The notes beneath the pieces were generated by a model. That model had not been told where the DNA came from, did no database searches, and worked only from the letters and a program-made list of their open reading frames with translations. Below, one piece after another: positions 1-8,940 of a DNA stretch of 32,135 nt (the stretch's first letter is position 1; each line of letters begins with the position of its first letter). The position numbers and the translations under genes were made by a program. The stretch covers positions 1-32,135 of the forward strand of contig PWLK01000081.1 of NCBI GenBank assembly GCA_003560545.1. The letters run 5' to 3'. This DNA is from Candidatus Woesearchaeota archaeon (GTDB lineage: Archaea; Nanobdellota; Nanobdellia; Woesearchaeales; 21-14-0-10-32-9).

Positions 1-550
1 CATTCAAGGCATCCAAAGAAACGTTATGCCTGGAAAGCACGTCTTTCATCCTGCCTTTTGAAAGGAACTGGCAGAACTGAGTTACGTTCTTAGGGCGCTG
101 AGTGTAACGGCACCGCTCAAAATCAATCAAGACAGGAACTGCTTCTCTTACAATTATATCCTTATGAGGATTAGTCATCTCGTACTTGTTAATGCCTAAC
201 AAATCCATCTTCCTGCACTGCACTAACACCTCAAGCAAAACATCCAGTAGTTCTTCCTTGGAAGCATTTTCCACCCATTTATTGAAAGGAACCCCTTCGA
301 CGAATTCACGCACAAGGAAATCATTTTCTTTATCGTAATAATAAAACTTGGGTCCAACGCCTGTCTCGTTCAGGGCCTTGTTAAACATGGCTTCGCCTGC
401 CACAGTATTATTAGCGTTGCTGCAAGGATTCCTGGATTTCAAAAGAAAAACTTTGCCATCCAGAACGGATTTGTAAACCACTCCCCGCTTGCCCTTAGCA
501 AAAAAATCTTTGTTCTCCCATAAAAGCTTTGCCTTGTCTTTCCAAGCCAT
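1..550 (-). CDS. Ser/Thr protein kinase-like protein (RIO/Bud32-related, COG2112-like), 3' end outside the window
   Basis: Not in the ORF track. Manual translation from ATG at 550 gives MAWKDKAKLLWENKDFFAKGKRGVVYK...GVGPKFY...LVREFVEG...INKYEMTNPHKDIIV...VLIDFERC, with a Gly-rich loop and a DFE motif. The frame stays open to the window edge. Confidence 0.75.
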   Translation of the reverse strand, partial: MAWKDKAKLLWENKDFFAKGKRGVVYKSVLDGKVFLLKSRNPCSNANNTVAGEAMFNKALNETGVGPKFYYYDKENDFLVREFVEGVPFNKWVENASKEELLDVLLEVLVQCRKMDLLGINKYEMTNPHKDIIVREAVPVLIDFERCRYTQRPKNVTQFCQFLSKGRMKDVLSRHNVSLDALN

Positions 551-570
551 GGCTTAAAAGAAAACCCAGA

Positions 571-582
571 TAAATATAAATA
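571..582. promoter_or_regulatory. Shared TATA region for the divergent kinase and hydrolase genes
   Basis: TAAATATAAATA lies about 21 nt from both start codons (550 on -, 604 on +) in a 53-bp spacer, consistent with two leaderless transcripts. Confidence 0.45.
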
Positions 583-603
583 TGCCTGTTAAAACATAAT
601 AGG

Positions 604-3108
604 ATGGCTGATAAAAAGAAAAGCTTTTGGTCCAAGCACAAAGTCTTGATTTCAGTAACCACGATACTATTCCTTGCATTCCTCTTTGTGTCAGCAGGGA
701 TTTACTTTAGGGTAAGCTTCTTGCTGCACGAGGAAATAATCATACAGGTAAGCCCCAGGTATTCCTCCCTGGAAGTAGAAAGAAATGAGTACAAAGAACA
801 AATGATAAGCGTGGAAGTCCAGAGCACGTGGATGTGCAACGCTGAATGCAACTACGAATTAAGAAATATTGGCACAGGAGAAATACTGGCCAGCAAAAAC
901 ATAACTGTTACCGGAAGCGAAAAAACGGAGCTGGAACATTGGTTTGGCACGGATGAATACGGGTACGGCCAGGATTATTATACGTACACAGTAACATGCA
1001 AAGCTATTCCTACAGTGCTATGCTCCGCTGAAAACCCTGAGAGAAAAAGGGTTTCTGTGATCACAGTCAACTACGAGCCCTCCAGAGATGAAAAAGAAGC
1101 AGAGGAGTTCCTGAGAGAAAGGTTTCAAAACCTGACTGCGCAGCTGAACACAGCTGACACCAACATTCTGACAGGCGAAGCCAGGCTAGAACAAATCAGC
1201 ATTAAGAAGGATGACTTGGAAGATCATGCGAATGACAGCAAGCAATTACTGAACGAAATAAGGTCAAGCATTGGAATTATCACTGGATCCTGGAACGAGA
1301 GTAACTTTCTGGGTGCAAAGCAAAATTACGAAGAGCTGAATGTATCAGGGGAAGCAGAAGAACTTGCCCGTACCACGAATACTTTTCTTGAAATGATATC
1401 TGAAAGGATAGAAACACATAACCAGGCAGTGCTGGTTTTAGACGAGATATACGATGACAGGGCTTTCACGAACAACTTGTTCGAGACAAGCAAAGCTAAC
1501 AATGATTTAACCCGTTTATTCCTGGATGCAACAACAAGTTATAATAGCTTAACCAAGAGTTTTAACACTGATGATTTCATTAGTTACGAGGAACTCATAA
1601 GCGATCTAAGCATGGTTAACGATTCGTTCAACGACGCAAAAGCCGAGTACGTTGAGGCTTATTTAAACAGCACGGAGGACTACTTAGACTTGTTCTTAGG
1701 AGAGTTCTCTGCTTGTATAAGCAACGCAGCTGGTTGTGAGCCTGAAGAGATTAGCAGCGTACTCCGCGAAAACGTATCTGTTACTGAAAGTTTTAGGCAT
1801 ACGAATAACAAATGCCTTACTGCAAGCAACGTGCTCGGCGAAACGAGCAGGATAACAAGTGAAAAACAAGAGGTTCTCGGGCAAATAGACAGCCAGATGA
1901 GAGCTGAAGCAGAAAAAGAAAAAAACAAGGTGATGCTTTCGGTAATCCTGAGGTATGAAGAAGAATTAATAGAGGGAGAACTTGAAAATACTTCTATGAT
2001 GGGAAGACTTCAAGAATACAAAGAGAATTTTGAAAGAGAATTAAACGAAACAACTATCACGAGTAACTACTACCCTTTTTCGTATAATGAATCGTTAAGA
2101 GAGTACTTTACACCAATTGATATGAGCAGGGTTGAACTATTAGATGAAAAATGCCTGCCTCCTAATGAAACACTTTTCTTCGAGGAACCATTGCGGGACC
2201 TGAAAGAGCAGCCTTATGATGTGGTTGAAAGCAACAAGACATATTCTTTGCCAGAGGTACTTGCTATGTGCTGCGCTTACAATGAATGCAGGCCTTGTTG
2301 TGAGCATGGATGTGAAAAGAATAATCCGTTAGTATTATTGCATGGCCACGCATTTATCGGAAGGCATACCCCTGAATACTCTGCGGATGCGTTCAACGAA
2401 ATGCTGGACTTTTTCTCAGAAGAGAAATTGTACCTTCCAATGTCAACTCTTACTCCTGAGAAAAGGTTTCTTGAAACAAGAACCGGTGACCTCGGAAGAA
2501 ATCATAAGCCTATAGCTATGAAAGCAACTTATTATTATATTGCTTACGTTGACGGCCCTGGCTACACCACTATTATAAGCAAGAGCGAGAACATAGACAC
2601 GTATGCTATACGGCTTGAAGAGATGATAACCTGGCTGAAAAATGCTACTGGCTCAGAAGAAGTTGATATAGTCGCGCATTCCATGGGAGGCTTAGTAGTC
2701 AGGAGGTACTTGCAAGTGTTCGGGGAGGAGAGTGTTGACAGGGTTATCATGATAGGCACTCCTAACCATGGGATTACGCCTGTGATTGGAAGGCTTTGCA
2801 GCGTGTTCGGAGAAGAAAGGGAGTGCAGGGACATGGAAGAGGGAAGCGCGTTTATGAATACTTTAAACCAGCCAGAGCATATTCCTGGGAACGTGGAATT
2901 GCACACGATAAGAGGGGAAGGATGCCGTATGGAAGGGGGAACCGGGGACGGGATAGTGTTAGGTGAACGCGTCCCATTGGATTACGCTGAAAACCATGTT
3001 ATCAGGAGGGATTGTGATATCTTACAAGAAAACATGCATACAGACATGCTGAGCCCGGAGAAATACCCTGAGGTATACGAACTGATAACAAGGATACTTC
3101 TAAGATAA
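604..3108 (+). CDS. Membrane-anchored protein with a long helical stalk and a C-terminal lipase-like alpha/beta hydrolase
   Basis: N-terminal TM helix, heptad-like helical middle, Cys-rich linker CCAYNECRPCCEHGC, then LVLLHGH, AHSMGG nucleophile elbow, GTPNHG, GDGIV and a C-terminal His. Confidence 0.8.
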   Translation: MADKKKSFWSKHKVLISVTTILFLAFLFVSAGIYFRVSFLLHEEIIIQVSPRYSSLEVERNEYKEQMISVEVQSTWMCNAECNYELRNIGTGEILASKNITVTGSEKTELEHWFGTDEYGYGQDYYTYTVTCKAIPTVLCSAENPERKRVSVITVNYEPSRDEKEAEEFLRERFQNLTAQLNTADTNILTGEARLEQISIKKDDLEDHANDSKQLLNEIRSSIGIITGSWNESNFLGAKQNYEELNVSGEAEELARTTNTFLEMISERIETHNQAVLVLDEIYDDRAFTNNLFETSKANNDLTRLFLDATTSYNSLTKSFNTDDFISYEELISDLSMVNDSFNDAKAEYVEAYLNSTEDYLDLFLGEFSACISNAAGCEPEEISSVLRENVSVTESFRHTNNKCLTASNVLGETSRITSEKQEVLGQIDSQMRAEAEKEKNKVMLSVILRYEEELIEGELENTSMMGRLQEYKENFERELNETTITSNYYPFSYNESLREYFTPIDMSRVELLDEKCLPPNETLFFEEPLRDLKEQPYDVVESNKTYSLPEVLAMCCAYNECRPCCEHGCEKNNPLVLLHGHAFIGRHTPEYSADAFNEMLDFFSEEKLYLPMSTLTPEKRFLETRTGDLGRNHKPIAMKATYYYIAYVDGPGYTTIISKSENIDTYAIRLEEMITWLKNATGSEEVDIVAHSMGGLVVRRYLQVFGEESVDRVIMIGTPNHGITPVIGRLCSVFGEERECRDMEEGSAFMNTLNQPEHIPGNVELHTIRGEGCRMEGGTGDGIVLGERVPLDYAENHVIRRDCDILQENMHTDMLSPEKYPEVYELITRILLR

Positions 3109-3654
3109 TCGAGCTTTGTAAATAAGGATGTCTTCAAAAAAGAAATGTTTCTTTCCAATAACCTCGAATCTGTATTTTAATTCTTTCAACTTCCTTTCAA
3201 GAAACGGAATATCTGCGGTTGAGCTTGCAACAAAGAACACAACGCCGTTCTCTGAAAGAAACTCTTTGGCCTGCTCCAAGAACTCAACGGTTACCTCAAC
3301 GCCTTTCCTCCCGCCATGCAAGGACTCATCATAATAATCATCCTCCCCTAAGGGAAGGTATGGTGGGTTAAAAACGATTAAGTCCGCCTTAACACCAGGG
3401 AATTCTTTGAACAAATCACTCTTAAAAACGTTTACATTACCCGCGTTAGCTGAATCAAGTTTTTGCTTTGCAGCTTTTACTGCTTCAGCATCGATATCGC
3501 AGGCAAAAATTTTTTCGGAGAAAGAAGACAACGCTAAAGCAATGATACCGGAACCTGTACCTATATCAACAGAAACCCCTATTTTTTTACCTTTGAACTG
3601 TTCGAGTAATTTATCGCGTAAAAGAAAAGAATCTTCCCTTGGCTCGTACACCAT
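3100..3654 (-). CDS. prmC: HemK2/PrmC-like release factor glutamine N5-methyltransferase
   Basis: YEPREDSFLL N-terminus, DIGTGSG SAM-binding motif, NPPY motif. Confidence 0.85.
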   Translation of the reverse strand: MVYEPREDSFLLRDKLLEQFKGKKIGVSVDIGTGSGIIALALSSFSEKIFACDIDAEAVKAAKQKLDSANAGNVNVFKSDLFKEFPGVKADLIVFNPPYLPLGEDDYYDESLHGGRKGVEVTVEFLEQAKEFLSENGVVFFVASSTADIPFLERKLKELKYRFEVIGKKHFFFEDILIYKARLS

Positions 3655-3657
3655 GAA

Positions 3658-4149
3658 TTACTCCTCTTCCTTTCCTTCTTCAACATTCCGAAAAGCAATA
3701 TCTGCTTCAACGAAATACTCCCTTACACGAGAAATAATAGAATCAAGATAATACTTTTCAATCTTCTCAGAGAACAACTCCGACAAAGAAGCATTCTCAT
3801 TAATCCTATAATAATTACCAATCCTCTCCACCAACAACAAATCCCTCAACCTCAAAACCTGCCTCCTAATATTACTAGGAGCAACACCCAACAAAGGCAA
3901 GCCTTTCTCTTCCCTTAAACCTATTACTTTTTTTTCAATCTCAGTACTAGTCAAACCATCCGAAGAACGACTTTCCAATAAAACAAGAAAAACATCCACC
4001 ACGACATCCCTGGAATCACCGGGCTGCAACAAGCCAATACTCAAACAAAGCTTCCTAACCAACTCCCTCTTCTCCAAGCCACCAGGCCGCTCATACTTCC
4101 TAAGAGTAACCTCGGACAACGGAGTATCCCTTGAAATCAACTTAGCCAT
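3658..4149 (-). CDS. Hypothetical winged-helix-like DNA-binding protein
   Basis: Likely start is ATG 4149 (MAKLISRD), about 28 nt downstream of a TTTATA box. LTSTEI...SNIRRQVLRLRDLLLVERIGNYYRI resembles an HTH plus wing. Confidence 0.55.
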   Translation of the reverse strand: MAKLISRDTPLSEVTLRKYERPGGLEKRELVRKLCLSIGLLQPGDSRDVVVDVFLVLLESRSSDGLTSTEIEKKVIGLREEKGLPLLGVAPSNIRRQVLRLRDLLLVERIGNYYRINENASLSELFSEKIEKYYLDSIISRVREYFVEADIAFRNVEEGKEEE

Positions 4150-4191
4150 AATAAAATGAAAAGAAACCAAGTACAATATAAATATTTCTAC

Positions 4192-4641
4192 TCACCTAGG
4201 CCTGCCAGTAATAGAACCCGTGACACGCCTCTCAAACAAATAACCATCAGGAACGTAATCAAGATTAACCCTTACATTAACCAAGTCACCACCAAAAACA
4301 AAATCTGTATCACAATGAACGAATTCACGGCCACCAGAAGAAATAACCACACTCAAATCTTCCTCGTAAGACTGGCCCTCGAAAACGCATTCCACGCCCT
4401 CAACGGTTACCTGAGCACCAGCCATATTCCTAAGAGACATATTAACCAAGCCATCACTAGTAACCTGGAACTCCTCGCAAATAAAATCCTCTGTAAAAGT
4501 ACAACTGTCAGGAACCAAATGCTGTGGGTTAGGAAAAAAAACTAGGTACATCGCGCCTATCACGATAGCTGCAGCGATCATAGCCCAGCCATAAGTAGTA
4601 AGATACTCAATCGCTGCCTGACCCTTCCTATCCTCTAACAT
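4192..4641 (-). CDS. Class III signal peptide (archaeal pilin-like) protein
   Basis: RKG|QAAIEYLTTYGWA followed by a hydrophobic helix, with E at +5 and paired Cys. Confidence 0.8.
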   Translation of the reverse strand: MLEDRKGQAAIEYLTTYGWAMIAAAIVIGAMYLVFFPNPQHLVPDSCTFTEDFICEEFQVTSDGLVNMSLRNMAGAQVTVEGVECVFEGQSYEEDLSVVISSGGREFVHCDTDFVFGGDLVNVRVNLDYVPDGYLFERRVTGSITGRPR

Positions 4642-4691
4642 CTTCCAACTCCAAAAAAAAGGCTAAAAAAAGAGAAAAAAAATTTGCTTTA

Positions 4692-5192
4692 TTATTCTCG
4701 CACTGTAGCCGTAATCGTGCCAGAGGCCGTACTATCAAAAGAACCTCCTGACCTCCTATGGTCAAACTCAAAAGCAAGCCTTGCTTTCTCGCCAGGAGAT
4801 GCTTGGACGTCATCTACATCGCAGTGCAGGAAGAACCTTCCACCATCAGCAATCCTGCCATCAGTTATTTCATCAACGGCACCAGCCTCGCTATAAAAAC
4901 CACAAGAACCACTTACGATAGAGTCCCCAGCTATGTTTACATCTCCACCACTAAGTTCTCTGGTACCACCCATGTTGTTAATAAGGCTAATATCAACAGA
5001 ATTCTCAGTTACCTCGAATTCTTCACATGTAAATCCGCTTGTAATTGAACAGCTGTCGGGGATTAACTGCTGAGGGTTTAAAACGCCGAAGTATGCTAAT
5101 GCTCCGATCATAACCAATATAACCATAAACGCCCAACCGTATGTTGTTAAGAACTCCAGGGCTGCTTGGCCTTTTCTTTGTTTAATAACCAT
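4692..5192 (-). CDS. Class III signal peptide (archaeal pilin-like) protein, paralog of 4192-4641
   Basis: RKG|QAALEFLTTYGWAFMVILVMIGALAYFG; shares NPQxLxPDSC...FxCEEFxVT with the neighbouring gene. Confidence 0.85.
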   Translation of the reverse strand: MVIKQRKGQAALEFLTTYGWAFMVILVMIGALAYFGVLNPQQLIPDSCSITSGFTCEEFEVTENSVDISLINNMGGTRELSGGDVNIAGDSIVSGSCGFYSEAGAVDEITDGRIADGGRFFLHCDVDDVQASPGEKARLAFEFDHRRSGGSFDSTASGTITATVRE

Positions 5193-5364
5193 TTGTGCTT
5201 ACACCTCTCACAAAATTTTTTTTATTCGGATAAAACCCGTTGGTTTATCTTAATATAACATTACTCCTTTAATTACTCATATTTAAAGTTTTCTACTATT
5301 ATTATTTGAGTAAAGTATTTATAAGCAACGCTCTTACCAACTCTATTTGGAGGATTGATGGCTT

Positions 5365-6321
5365 ATGAATAATGATTTTGCTTATGAAAAAGAAGTTGTT
5401 TCAAAGAAAATAGAAGAAGTTATAGGACAAGAAGATGTTAAGAAGCAGTTGAAATCTGCTATTCTTATGAGGCGCCACGTGATAATCGTAGGTCCTCCAG
5501 GGATTGGAAAGACTACTCTTGCAAGGAGTATAGCAAGGATACTTCCTAAGAGGAAAAAGGTTAATGAAGAAACTAAAGAGGAAGTTGAGAAAGAACCTGT
5601 TTTTGTGAGGGTTCAGGGCAGCCCTGACCTGACCGCTGAAGACTTAATAGGAGATATTGATCCTGTTAAGGCGTTGAAGTACGGACCTCTTTCAAAGGAA
5701 GCTTTTACCCCGGGTAAATTGTTTAAGGCAGATGGAGGAATACTTTTTTTTGACGAGGTAAACAGGTGCAGTGAAAAGCTTCAGAACTCGTTGTTACAGG
5801 CTTTGGAGGAGAGAAAGGCTACTATTGGGAGTTACGATGTGGACTTAGACGCGGATTTTATATTCATAGGAACTATGAACCCAGAGGAAGCAGCCACTGA
5901 ACCTTTAAGCGATGTATTCCTTGACAGGTTTGACTTGATATACATGAAGCCGCCTGCTTCTATTGATGAAGAGCTTGAAATAGTAGACTTGAAAGGAAGG
6001 AAACTCACAGGGTTCCCAGAAGACTTGTTGGCTAAGACTATTGCGTTCATAAGAAACCTTAGGTCTAGTAAGGACTTGGAGAAACATCCTTCGGTGAGGG
6101 CCAGCCTTGGTATATATGAGAGGGCGCAGAGCAATGCTTACCTTGACAAAAGGAAAGAGGTAAATGTTAATGACGTGCAGGAAGCAATGGTTTCAGTTTT
6201 AAGCCACCGGATTCGTTTAAAGCCTTCTTTGAAGTATTTGAAGAGTGCTTCTGAGTACGTAGCAGAGCAATTCTCAGAGTTCGCGGAAGACGAAAAAATC
6301 ACAAAGGGTGGTGGCCCGTAG
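5365..6321 (+). CDS. MoxR/ChlI-family AAA+ ATPase
   Basis: IGQEDVK, Walker A GPPGIGKT, Walker B FFDEVNR, GTMNP, LDRFD Arg finger, SVRA sensor II. GGAGG RBS upstream. Confidence 0.9.
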   Translation: MNNDFAYEKEVVSKKIEEVIGQEDVKKQLKSAILMRRHVIIVGPPGIGKTTLARSIARILPKRKKVNEETKEEVEKEPVFVRVQGSPDLTAEDLIGDIDPVKALKYGPLSKEAFTPGKLFKADGGILFFDEVNRCSEKLQNSLLQALEERKATIGSYDVDLDADFIFIGTMNPEEAATEPLSDVFLDRFDLIYMKPPASIDEELEIVDLKGRKLTGFPEDLLAKTIAFIRNLRSSKDLEKHPSVRASLGIYERAQSNAYLDKRKEVNVNDVQEAMVSVLSHRIRLKPSLKYLKSASEYVAEQFSEFAEDEKITKGGGP

Positions 6322-7549
6322 CAGGGAGCAAAGCTTTACCAGTGAGGAAACAGAATTCTTAAAGCAGGAAGACAGGACTAGTGTTGAGAAGGGCAGTGCT
6401 GAAGAACTGCAAGGCAAGCTTGGCAAGGATAACAGGGAAGATAAGTTAATGCACACCGTTATGGATGTGGACAAGGACAAGGTTGAAAAAGCCTCTGTTT
6501 TAACTGATGCTATAAACAATAATATTTCTAGCTTTACACCCGACCTTTCTTTTGAGCAAATGGTAAACAATTACAGGAATGCAAAGAAACTAATGGGAGA
6601 AACACTTATCCGTGAGCTAACAGGTTACGCGCCGGGATTCGTGGAAAAAAATATTCGTGTGCCCGAGTTTCAAAGGGAGTTAAAGGAAAGGATAAAGCAA
6701 AACACGGATAAGCTCAAAAAAGAAGGCCTCCTGGATTCTAAAGGATTCATAACAGACCAAGCCTATGACTACGAAGCACTAAGCATGCTCTCCGAGGAAC
6801 TAGATGAACTCGAAGGTAAAGGATTATTGGGCAGGAAGGAGAGCAGGAAGCGAAGTGAGTACGGCGAAAAACAAGACACCAGGCGTTATAAGAAAGGGGA
6901 TAAGTTCAGGAACGTATCCTGGAGGCACACCGTAAATAAAAGCATGAGGCGAGGGCACAATGAACTAGAGAAAGAAGACTTCGTAGTACATGAAAAAATG
7001 GCGAAAGGAAAAGTGAACATAATCTACGCGCTTGACAATTCCGGGAGCATGAAAGGAGACAAGATAAAAGTAGCGAAGAAATCAGGGATTGCCCTGGCAT
7101 ACAAAGCAACACAGCACAACGACAAAACCGGGCTAATAGTATTTAACTCAAAGATAGACAACGCAATAACCCCAACGCATGACTTTGAAACCATCCTAAG
7201 AGAAATAGCAAGAATAAAAACAACTGGAGAAACAGACATCGCACTATGCATCCACAAAGCACTCGAATTATACCCGAACAGCAAAGAAACCAATCACTTA
7301 ATACTACTAACCGATGCGTTGCAAACCCTTGGGAAGAAACCCGAAAAAAAAGTCCTTGAAACAGCATCCAGGGCGGCAAGCGCAAACGTAAGCATATCCA
7401 TCATCGGGATAAACATGGACAGGAAAGGAGAAGAACTCGCCAGGAAAATCGCAGACATAAGCAAAGGCACGCTATACAAAATAAGAAACCTGGAAGAAAT
7501 AGACAGCATAATCCTGGAAGACTACTACCAAACAAAAACACACCTCTAA
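6308..7549 (+). CDS. vWA domain protein (ChlD/MoxR-partner type)
   Basis: MIDAS motif DNSGSM, GETDI, LLTD. Overlaps the stop codon of the AAA+ gene. Confidence 0.88.
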   Translation: MVARSREQSFTSEETEFLKQEDRTSVEKGSAEELQGKLGKDNREDKLMHTVMDVDKDKVEKASVLTDAINNNISSFTPDLSFEQMVNNYRNAKKLMGETLIRELTGYAPGFVEKNIRVPEFQRELKERIKQNTDKLKKEGLLDSKGFITDQAYDYEALSMLSEELDELEGKGLLGRKESRKRSEYGEKQDTRRYKKGDKFRNVSWRHTVNKSMRRGHNELEKEDFVVHEKMAKGKVNIIYALDNSGSMKGDKIKVAKKSGIALAYKATQHNDKTGLIVFNSKIDNAITPTHDFETILREIARIKTTGETDIALCIHKALELYPNSKETNHLILLTDALQTLGKKPEKKVLETASRAASANVSISIIGINMDRKGEELARKIADISKGTLYKIRNLEEIDSIILEDYYQTKTHL

Positions 7550-7614
7550 AAATAGAAAATTATATAAATAAAAACAACGGGTTTTAACACATTATAGTTA
7601 AAAGAGGTGCTAAC

Positions 7615-8154
7615 TTGAACAAAAAAGCAGGACTAAGCCTAGGAATAAACACGATCATCGTACTCGTAATAGCAATGGTCGTCATCGCAGCAGGAGTAAG
7701 CTTCATACGAACATTCTTCACAGCCGGCGAAGAAAGCCTAATCGGAGCATTCGAAGTAGGAGAATTCGGCAGGCAACCCGACAGGAACGACCAATTAGTG
7801 CTAAGCCAAGGAAACACTATAAGCATGAGAGGAGATGACAGACACATCTTAAGAGTAGGATTCTACAATATAGGAACAGAAAAGGATGTAATAATAGACG
7901 TAGGGGACTGCGTGGGAGAAGGCGAAGATGGCGGAACTCTGAATGCAACCATAGTATCCCCTGTGTTTAGCGTAGGTCCAAGCACAGCGCAAGGCTTTGA
8001 AACAATATTCCGACAAACAGAACCAGAAGAAGACGGAAGCATTCTCAGAAGCGGAACATTCATATGCGTAATACAAGCATGGAACGCAGAGGAACAAAAC
8101 GGAGGTAGTAATCCTTTAGCAGAAACATCGCTAGTAGTAAACCTAGTAAGCTAA
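7615..8154 (+). CDS. Class III signal peptide-like (pilin-like) protein
   Basis: TTG start after a GAGGTG RBS. MNKKAG|LSLGINTIIVLVIAMVVI, then a beta-rich domain with two Cys. Confidence 0.7.
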   Translation: MNKKAGLSLGINTIIVLVIAMVVIAAGVSFIRTFFTAGEESLIGAFEVGEFGRQPDRNDQLVLSQGNTISMRGDDRHILRVGFYNIGTEKDVIIDVGDCVGEGEDGGTLNATIVSPVFSVGPSTAQGFETIFRQTEPEEDGSILRSGTFICVIQAWNAEEQNGGSNPLAETSLVVNLVS

Positions 8155-8162
8155 GAAAAAAA

Positions 8163-8402
8163 ATGATAAAACGCAAAGGAAACAAGCTGCACTTAAGCAA
8201 AGAAGAGGAATTCGAAATCCTCAAAATGGTCTTGGACAAGTTCTTATGGATAGGCACCATAAGCCTAATGGCAGGAGTATACCTCCTACTAAGGCCTGAC
8301 TCAGAAGTCGGACTAGGCTTACTGGTAACACTGATAGGAGCAACACTGCTACTAATGTTCACATCCATAATCACGAAGCAGTTCAACTACTCCAAAGACT
8401 AA
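8163..8402 (+). CDS. Small membrane protein with two TM helices
   Basis: Two hydrophobic segments; tight spacing within a co-oriented cluster. Confidence 0.7.
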   Translation: MIKRKGNKLHLSKEEEFEILKMVLDKFLWIGTISLMAGVYLLLRPDSEVGLGLLVTLIGATLLLMFTSIITKQFNYSKD

Positions 8403-8412
8403 GTTCTGAGAA

Positions 8413-8940
8413 GTGCTAAGAATGCTTGGAAAGAAAGGAATGGAAATTTCTATAAACGTAATAGTAATGATAATACTAGGCATAATAATGTTCGGCGCAG
8501 CAATGGCAATATTTAACAATGTTTACAGCAACGTAGTCGACCTGGAATACCAAGTAAGTGAGCAAATAAGAGACAGAACCATAAGGAATTTTCCAAGCGA
8601 CCAACTAGTATACCTGCCTGAAACTAATAAGGCACCTGCGAGAAGGCTGTTCCGCACCGAAAACCAAGTCGTATTCTACGTAGGCATATACAACAACTAC
8701 ACTGAAACCAAAGAGTTCCATATGAACATAGAACCAACAAGCGCCAGCCAAGAGGTGCTTGATAACCGGCTAACATCCCTTGAAACAGTAAGCATACCTC
8801 AAAGGCAGCAAGACGTTCATTTCTTTATAGTAGACGTTGAAGGTCTTGAACGAGGGCAATACGGAATAATAGTAAACGTAACAACAGACGATGGAATACA
8901 GCATGGGCGGACAAGGATAGCGTACGTAAACCTAAACTAG
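8413..8940 (+). CDS. Class III signal peptide-like (pilin-like) protein
   Basis: KKG|MEISINVIVMIILGIIMFGAAM followed by an Ig-like beta-rich C-terminus. Confidence 0.7.
   Translation: MLRMLGKKGMEISINVIVMIILGIIMFGAAMAIFNNVYSNVVDLEYQVSEQIRDRTIRNFPSDQLVYLPETNKAPARRLFRTENQVVFYVGIYNNYTETKEFHMNIEPTSASQEVLDNRLTSLETVSIPQRQQDVHFFIVDVEGLERGQYGIIVNVTTDDGIQHGRTRIAYVNLN

Noticed and set aside
5365..7549. Calling the AAA+/vWA pair a magnesium or cobalt chelatase
   Set aside because: No ChlH/CobN or tetrapyrrole genes are in the window; family resemblance alone does not establish the function.
4192..8940. Diversity-generating retroelement acting on the pilin-like genes
   Set aside because: No reverse transcriptase and no near-identical repeat pair differing at adenines was seen.
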